Source: the human T2T-CHM13v2.0 reference genome, Homo sapiens
Assembly: GCF_009914755.1 (NCBI RefSeq)
Contig: NC_060932.1
DNA length: 64,000 nt
Strand: one strand, 5' to 3'
Below, piece by piece: positions 55,434 through 64,000 of the stretch (its first letter is position 1; the number at the start of each line of letters is the position of its first letter). Both the position numbers and the translations under genes were made by a program. The notes under the pieces were generated by a model, which saw only the letters and a program-made list of their open reading frames with translations, was not told where the DNA came from and ran no database searches.

Positions 55434-56142
55434 GGTTGCATAAAGCAGCAGAGACAGGATCAACCTAGAATGTCTGTGGAAAAACTTTGAAAAAGCATAC
55501 ATTCTTAAAAATAAATGGGAAATCTGTGGCAGAGGAAACAGTAACTACTGACCTGATCTTCCCTTTTCATTTTATTTTAATTTCTAATTTGCTGTAATTG
55601 TATGGTGCTTTCAAATACTGATTAAAACTCTTAAAAAAATGAAAGAGAGAAATCACATTTTTCTGCTAAACTGAGTTTGTGGCATGCCTTCTTCCTTCAT
55701 CTTGTTGATGCTCAAAGAATTATGCAACAGAGGGCCATCATACTGTTTAGTATGTTAAATTATTTTGATTCATGTACTTACTAGCAACATCATTTAAATG
55801 GTTTGGTTTCGTCATGGCCAGACTTAAGACACATAGCATAATTAAGTTGACAACCTAATATTCCACATTAAATCCTGGTGTTGGAAAAAGCTAAACTGAT
55901 CGGAGAAATAAATCTGTCCAAAGTAGAAACTGTAATATGTATGTGAACATGTATATTCTCATCATCACTTTTTGTTTTCTTCTTTTGTTCTCTGTTCCTC
56001 CTGTTGAGTCTTGTGTAAGTCCAAATAAAAATTTTATTGTAGAGCCCAACAACAAAAACAATGATCTCTTATGTAATTGATGATTTTAAAAAATGCTTTG
56101 AAAGTCTTCTTCCATACTTTGTATCAGTATAAAGATATTGTA

Positions 56143-56350
56143 CAGTGGTACAGAAAAAAATGGCTTTTGAAGTTCAGATGGTTTGAATCTTTGCTTCACC
56201 ACTTACTAGCTATGTAATTGTGGGTTATCTGTGCATCTTTTTAAATTCTCACTTTTTCCATCTGTAAAATAAGAACAATATCAGTTACTTTGCATACTGA
56301 TTGTAAAGATTATAAATAAGAACTGATGTATATATATTACTTGGCACAAT
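56143..56350 (+). mobile_element. MIR
   Basis: CCACTTACTAGCTATGT...CCATCTGTAAAATAAG core. Confidence 0.75.
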
Positions 56351-59300
56351 GTCTGACCTGTTTCTGTTTTTCACAGTCAGGCTTCTCTTCCATTTTCTAA
56401 GGTGACTCGGACCTTACCACTCTAAAAATTCAAATCATGCCTTCACTTTCTGCAGATTGCACTTGTTACTTTAGAAGAAAAGGAAAACTATAAGATGGAA
56501 ATTATTTTAATGTCCTCTTACCAAATCTACAAACCCCAGCACAATGCCTGTCACAGATACGGTCATTTAGTAAACATCTTTTGGATGGATAGGTGGATGG
56601 GTAGCTAAGTAAATTAACATACAGATTAGGTCTTTGGAAATGGTAGCTATTTTTATTACACCCTGTACAGTGACCTTAAAATTTGAAATCTACTGCTTTT
56701 GAAAAGCAGGTCATCCTGAGGTTTTCCATTTTGTACCTGCCAGATTGTGAAAAGAAGTTCATTTCAATGCTGCACAGCACATTTCCTGATCAGTTGGCTG
56801 AATTACAGTCATGCCATTTCATTTTGAGTTGGACAATTCAAGCATTTAGCCCTGATTTTTTTTTTTGACAGTAAGTTAGTTATTTTTGTACTCATTCAAC
56901 ACATTTTTCCCCCACCACAGGTTATTGTAAAACCACCTGTCTCTGGGAGCACAGTTAATTCTGTGCATGAGATTTCTAAAAATGTTTTACATTGTCATTG
57001 CAGTTTTTTAAAAATGTAGAGATCCCTCTGCTATTCTTTTGCATTGCCAAATGCTTAGGTACCTTGGAAAACTGCTTAATTGGTTCTTCTTATCTCACTA
57101 GATTCTTTGGCCTTAGGTTGTGAATGGGTAACAATCATTTAACTTTTGATGTGCCCTGAAGTTTCCATCCAAAACTTTTTTCTTTGAATCTTTTTTAGGG
57201 TGAAAGAGAAGAATATGGGGGATCTAGGTGTACATTGATACTTTTTAGATGCCTTTGATGTCAGTCAGTAAACAGCAGTAGACATTTGGAAGAGCATGAT
57301 AGAAGAGACAGGGCTAATTCCAGGTATTTAACCCCAAGTTAAGGAGACTTAACCTGAGGCTGGGTTATTTCTCTGATCTCTAGGGACAGAGTAGTGGCAA
57401 AGCCTTAAGGTGGTAAAATTTTTGAGAAACACTTCTAAAGACTTATGTTTTGTTTTAGAATCCTATCTAAAAGCATTTCAAACAAATTAAGTTAAGCCGT
57501 TCCTTTCTTACTGGATGTGTTCGGGCGCAGGGGGTGGGGGCAAAAAGAAGCATATGGTTGAAGCTCTGCACTGCAGTAATTTGTAAAAGAAGTACTTTTC
57601 CTGCTAGGTTAAATTGCTCTGCCTGCCTCTTGCTGTCAGGGACATGATTTAGTTAAATACGGATGCTTTTAGAGGGGCTTTGTACTGCATCATACATATT
57701 TAATAGTTTATAAAATATCTGTGTGAATCACTGGGTGGAGAATCCAGCAGCAGAGAAGCTCAACCTTCACATTGGAGCCTCTGGCCTTAGGGTCCACTGA
57801 CCAGTTGACCACTGGAAAAGGTGTGTTCAGAATGGGAGCGTCCTGAATAACCCAAGGATTCTACTGATTTCAACAGAATAAGCTTAGCATCTAACCTTTC
57901 AGATTTTTTCAGTAATGTGAACTTTACATTTTCTCAAGTCACATTATTCATAGATGTTCTAATTCCCCAGGGATCGAAGTATAGCATTAAGGAAAATCCC
58001 TTCTCAATAAAAAAATGGTATTGGGTGAGGGGAGGGGGACAGAAAAAGCTCTTAGATGTTCTATAGCAATTAATGGTTGCCATATAAAGATACCTCATTG
58101 TCATTAGATAATGGTTAAAATTATATGAATCTTTTACCCTTGATATAATTTTGAAATTCATCTTAAAAATCAATTCCTTAAAATAAAAGTAGTAGGGGAA
58201 AGAGGTAGTGATGGGTGGAGGCTGGGGGATGATGCAGAGAAGGAAAAAAATAAGCAAGTGGAGGTTACTAAATGTAGCATTGGTGGATTATTTTGTTTGT
58301 TTGGCATAGGTAATGAGTTTTATAATAAAACTTACTATAGTATATCAAGATAGGCTCCTTTCATATATGAACCCAGAAACACCATGAAAAATTTTTTAAA
58401 AAGTTCCAGCATTTTATTATGAAATTTTCAAACATAGAGAAAAGGTGAATTAATCATTCAGTAAACAAACTTATGCCCACTACCAAGATTTTACAGTTAA
58501 TATTTTCCTATATTTGCTTACTGAGTGTCTACCCATTTATCTATCAACTTTTTATTTTTGATGAAATTTCCTGTATATATGAGTTCATTTTACCCCCAAA
58601 TATCCCAGCATGCATAGTATATATATTTTATTACATTGTTTAAGAGAACATGTAGGTCATGGATTATGCTATCAAATAGAATATATGTTTCTCTCAAATA
58701 AGCCACCATATTTGGACCGAGGGTTTTCTAGTCATCATATTTCAGAGTATAACTCAGACAGTAGCAGCCTTCTTGTTCCTGTTCCCTAATAATTACTCCT
58801 TCCCCTGTCCCAGGCTTTTAATTCTCCAAATTAAAAGAGGATGTAACCTCGGCTTCCTGATTCCCAGATACTGATAATTTTTGGTACAGTTTGTGTTTGA
58901 GCTACTGCAGTAATGTTCGGGCGATTCCCATTTTGGTGACAGTCTTCTTTCCTGAGGATACATTGCCTTCCTATCCTCTGTAGTTTCTTTATTCTATACT
59001 TTCCTATGTAAGCAATAAAGCTAATTGTAATGCTCCCACAATTCAGGTAGCGTCTAATCTCCAGCCTGTTCTCAGGGGAAGTTGTTGGGTTCTGGAGCAC
59101 ACATTTTGTGTGCTCCCTTAGTTTGACAAAATGCTGTTTAATAACAGAGTCCAAATATGAATATTAGTCTCTGAATATCTTTCAGAAAGAGGCCCATTAA
59201 GTAGAGTTGTGACCACAAGTGGTCGTGGGAGCATTAAAGAGTAAACTTTCAAGTAGAAATGGTCCAGGGAAACAGTCAAAGTGAGGTATTGGTACAGACA

Positions 59301-59539
59301 TCATTCATGGCTCTAGGCGAGAGAAAGTCTAAACTATCTAATCAAGTGTGTGTATCTGAGTTGGCAGTATGCAACTAAAAGCTTTCCTTTGTAGAAATTA
59401 ATTAAAAAGAAGGAGAAATAGATGTGATTCCCAGTCCTGACTTTGAAATTAATTTCTGTGTGACTCTAAGCAGGTTTTTTGTTTGTTTGTTTTTACCTCC
59501 CAATAACTTTTTTTCTTCTTGTATAAAATAAAATTCATG

Positions 59540-59642
59540 TAATGGGTGCAGCAAACTAACATGGCACATGTATACCTGTGTAACAAACCTGCACGTTGTG
59601 CACATGTACCCTAGAACTTAAAGTATAATAAAAAAATTAAAT
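59540..59642 (+). mobile_element. Severely 5'-truncated L1PA (~100 bp)
   Basis: GGGTGCAGCAAACTAACATGGCACATGTATACC...CCTAGAACTTAAAGTATAATAAA; 14-bp TSD AAATAAAATTCATG (59526-59539 / 59643-59656). Confidence 0.93.
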
Positions 59643-59799
59643 AAATAAAATTCATGGGTAAGGCCTGTTGCAGCTCCAACATTCAGTCAATAAAAAAAAT
59701 TTAAATCTAATTATTATTGAGATTACAGTTGACCTTTGCATTAAACCTAAATTCTTTTACTCCAAATAACTACTGAAATAGAAAGAAAAGACACAAGTC

Positions 59800-59941
59800 T
59801 ATTTTCTTTTTTCTCCCAGTGTCTTAGAGATATGGTCTCCTTCTGTTGCCTAGGCTGGTCTCGGACTCCTGGCCTCAGGCAATCCTCCTGCCTCATCCTC
59901 CCTAGTAGTTGGGATCACGGGCAGGAGCGACCATGTTGGAC
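59800..59941 (-). mobile_element. FLAM-like Alu monomer
   Basis: Single arm; TSD AGAAAAGACACAAGTC / AGAAAAGAAACAAGTC. Confidence 0.82.
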
Positions 59942-60341
59942 AGAAAAGAAACAAGTCATTCTTAAACAAATCTGACTCTAGCAACCTATTGTATAATTTA
60001 TGGTAGAAACATTTGAGCTGGAGGTCAAATCATAAGATATTTTTATCTTATAACTTTCAAATTCATATCGTTTTAAGTAATAAAAATTGTAACAATTTTC
60101 TGTAAACAGAAAAGGTTTCCACCCCTTGAGCTGAAAAGCAGCAGGAAAAGGAGATTGGCATTTCATTTTAAATGGGATACGTCTGCTTCCATGAGCATCA
60201 TAAAGGTTATGACCTTACGGTAGTGTTGCCTGACAGGTGGCTCACTAAGAATGCCAAATCAGTTCTGGAAACTGCATATACTTTTATTTCTTCTTTTTTT
60301 TTTGTTCCCTTTGGTGCAACTTTGTATTTTCATTTTGATCA

Positions 60342-60782
<441 letters not shown>

Positions 60783-61559
60783 TCAGGTAATCCCTTTCCT
60801 CAAGCTTTCTTTATTCTGGGAATGTTGTGCAAGTATATTTTATACATGGGCTTATGTGAAGTTTCAGTCTCTTGAATAGCTGGTACTCTCTTATGAGTAA
60901 TTCATAACTGCCTTCACATGTGTATAATCTCATGCTCAACTGTTTCTCTCTATTTTAAGCAGGAGATTTAAAAATCAAATTAACACATATTTCTAGAGCA
61001 TTTGCTATAAGTGATATGCTGTGCTATATACTGACTAACTACATTTCTGGGTTGATTGGGGGACCAGTTTATAGAATTGGCTGACAAGCAACTGAACTTT
61101 AAAACAAATAGCTAGTGCTTAAGTATAAGTCAAGTTCAATCACTCCCATTTTTAAAACTTTGCTGAATTTATATTAAACCGACATTGGTTATTCAAGGTA
61201 TTTCTTCCTTGTTTTTAGCTAAAACTTCTCTTACTGCATTAAACTACATCCATTATCATTTTCATTAAATAAGATTGCACATTGGATATGTACATAAAAG
61301 CAAAATTATATCTTGCATTTTTGTTACATTTGCCAGAAGAATGAAAAACAAACAACAGAAAATTTCTCTGAGCTGTGCTGCTCTATGCCCTGAACGTAAC
61401 TGTAATAGTGAATATTAATGAGACACAGCAAAGATATTTGCTCAAGGTAGCTAAGCCAATATGTATTGCTCCAGTAAATGTTAGAAATGACCATTCATCC
61501 ACATAACCTCAGATTAGTCTGCATAAAGATAATGTTTCTTTTGTTTTTTCTTCTTTTTG

Positions 61560-61560
<1 letters not shown>

Positions 61561-61595
<35 letters not shown>

Positions 61596-61606
61596 GCACA
61601 CACACC
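61561..61606. repeat. (CA)n microsatellite
   Basis: Directly visible. Confidence 0.95.
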
Positions 61607-61935
61607 ACACAGTAATTTAACATTATTTGCATTTACTCACACTGGTAAAACACACGTCTCAAAGATGTTTCCCATAGTTTATTCATCCCTCTTCTATGTC
61701 GTTTTCATTTGGATGCATTTGCTTAACAATGTCTGCTGTGTGCCAGGCATGCTCTAGGTACTGGGGATATAGCAGTGGACGCAGACACAAGTGCATGGTC
61801 TTATGGAGCTGACATTCTGGTATTGAGTTTATCACGTTTGATAAGAAAACACAGATAATACAGGAAGACTGCCATTTGCCCCTCATCCTTGGCACTTATT
61901 TCCAGTGGAGTCCTTCATCCCAAAGATCTCAGACC

Positions 61936-61937
<2 letters not shown>

Positions 61938-61979
<42 letters not shown>
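61938..61979. repeat. (CA)n microsatellite (~21 units)
   Basis: Directly visible perfect run. Confidence 0.95.
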
Positions 61980-61983
<4 letters not shown>

Positions 61984-62130
61984 CTAGTAAATGGATATGT
62001 CATTGAGACTCTGAATTCAAAAGGCTTCTGAGAACATGAGCAAAGGCTTATCTTTCTATCCCATTTTATATACTAAAATATTATTTTTCTGTTCAACTCC
62101 ATCCTATTTCCCTATTTAAAATATACATAT

Positions 62131-62462
62131 CGGCAGGCGTGGTGGCTCACGACTGTAATACCAGCACTTTGGGAGGCTGTGGTGGGAGGATTGTTGAGGC
62201 CAGGAGTTTGAGGCTATGGTGAGTTATGATTGCACCATTGCATTCTAGCCTGGGTATGAAAGTGAGACCCTGCCTCTACAAAATAATAATAATAATAGTT
62301 CAAAAATAAGTTAGCCAGGCATGGTGGCATGCACCTGTAGTCTCAGCTACTTGAGAGGCTAAGGTGGGAGGATTGCTTGAGCCCAGGATATCAAGGCTGC
62401 AGTGACTAGGATTGCACCACTGCACTCCAGCCTGGGAGAGAGAGTGAAACCCCGTCTCTAAA
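62131..62462 (+). mobile_element. Atypical AluJ dimer with right-arm insert in both arms
   Basis: First arm carries GAGGCTATGGTGAGTTATGATTGCACCATTGCATTCTAGCCTGGG; flanked by ATATACATAT. Confidence 0.85.
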
Positions 62463-62614
62463 TATATACATATATATATATAAATATATTTTTATATATG
62501 TAAATTAATATCAAGTTCAGAGTTCATAGTTAATAATTGCCTGAGATTCACTGCCATATTGCCTATTGATACTTTCTAGAAGAAAGGGTAGCCGACACAT
62601 AACAAAGTCTCATT

Positions 62615-62730
62615 TTTCCTTGAGTTGAAATTCACACAGCAAAATTAACCATTTGAAAGTCAACAACTCAGTTGCATTTATTGCACTGTTGTGCAACCAC
62701 CCCTTCCATCTAGTTCCAAAACCTCTCCAG
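62615..62730 (-). mobile_element. L1MB-like 3' end fragment
   Basis: AAATTCACACAGCAAAATTAACCATTTGAAAG..TTGTGCAACCAC..TCTAGTTCCAAAAC. Confidence 0.7.
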
Positions 62731-64000
62731 TGGAATTTTAAAAGAAGGACAACTTGTAAAATGACCAATAAACTGTGTTTGTAGAAAATTAATGATTTTA
62801 CTTATGGAGAGTGAGAAATTAATAGGTTCTCCCAAAGTAAAGCAAACTCACTGTAACTATCGTATGCAATTAAAATATCTTTCCATATGAAATTCTCACA
62901 TCCTCATCTTTGAGATCATTTACTGTATCTTCAGTTACAGAGGATCTAAACTCATAAAGAACAAAATGTACCAGAGTAAATTGCTCATCGTGTTACAGAA
63001 TGAGAACACAGAGCACAGTCAATATCAAGTACTTGATACAGCATCTCACAAAGTAATGCTTAAAATTAAGTCAAATTGTCTGCTCTGAGAACATTTTCAC
63101 TGGGTAAGAATAATCAGTCTTGACTCACCTTTAAAGTGGGCAGAAAAGACATGCCCAGGAAGGTAAAATGAGTTTCATTCATCTCACCTATTTTGCATCA
63201 TAAATAATGTACAAGAACATCACACAGCACATGGATTTGGTTTGCTCTCAGAGAACTTTTCTATTTAGCTGGGGAGAGAGGAATGACAAGAAAAAATAGT
63301 TAAATATTAGCATATTCCAAATTTTCCCTCCACTGATAGGATCTGTGGTAGTTGAGTTTCGCTAGATCAGGCTAAATTAATTCAAGGCATACTTTGGAAC
63401 AATCAGAGAAAATTTGATAAGGAAGTATCTGAATAGGCCATTAAAAGACTTGAAAAAATGGAGAGGAGGAGTATAGAGGGTATTTTAGATAGTTGGCTAT
63501 GAATAAAGCCTGCTGATTTATTAGAGACCCCATAATCTGTGTAATGCAATCCCAATCCAAAGTAAAACCAAACAAAATGTATGTATTGAATGGACAGCCC
63601 AGCTCTAAGTTTGGGACAATCAAATACTGATAGTCTTTGCCTTCAAATAAATTGCATTCTTCAGCCCTGTATACACGATGTAATTAAATGATGACACATG
63701 ACTGTGAACATGTACCCCAATAAATGGTACAGTTAAGAAATGCTGGGTCTATGATTTGGAAAAATGGGAAGGGCTTCGTCAAGGAGCTGAGACCTAGCTG
63801 AGGGCATGTTTTTTGGATAGGTGGAAGAAGCTGACAGATCCATTGGTGTACTTTATCCTCCAGAGAAGCTGCAAGTTTTGAAAGTCAACTTCAGGACATG
63901 GAGCTTTCTTGTGAAAATTATGATTTCATAATTCCTCAGCAAATAAATAAATAATTGCCATTTGTATGTAGGGATCTCTCCAAATGAAACGACTGCTGCC

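Noticed and set aside
57526-58230. G-rich patches as possible G-quadruplexes
   Set aside because: Only three closely spaced G3+ tracts in each patch

Overview
AT-rich, repeat-dense primate (almost certainly human) genomic DNA from inside the NRG1 (neuregulin-1, 8p12) gene, transcribed on the + strand. Four coding exons are recognisable, all with canonical AG/GT ends. Two encode the Ig-like domain (17160-17337, 178 nt; 26893-27014, 122 nt) and two are 51-nt glycosylated-spacer exons (35829-35879; 38156-38206). Together they encode A34-S167 of type I heregulin. The 5' exons and the EGF exon lie outside the window. The rest is intronic: about 25 Alu/FLAM/FAM copies, MIR, L2, L1 fragments, MLT1 LTRs, Tigger/MER DNA-transposon relics and microsatellites. 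Apart from the ORF overlapping exon 2, the supplied ORFs are repeat-derived or chance. I see no wholly new gene system. The best leads concern NRG1 RNA processing: (1) an open 29-codon read-through plus ATTAAA after the Ig domain, and a second in-frame donor exactly 60 nt downstream of the exon-3 donor; (2) the two spacer exons appear to be an ancient tandem duplicate flanked by QKI and GCATG motifs; (3) exon 2-3/2-4/2-5 back-splice circles would be stop-free and are flanked by inverted Alus. Structural oddities include an AT-rich palindromic insert with a 12-bp flanking duplication and a ~140-bp dispersed duplication. Repeat subfamily calls are by eye and boundaries are approximate.
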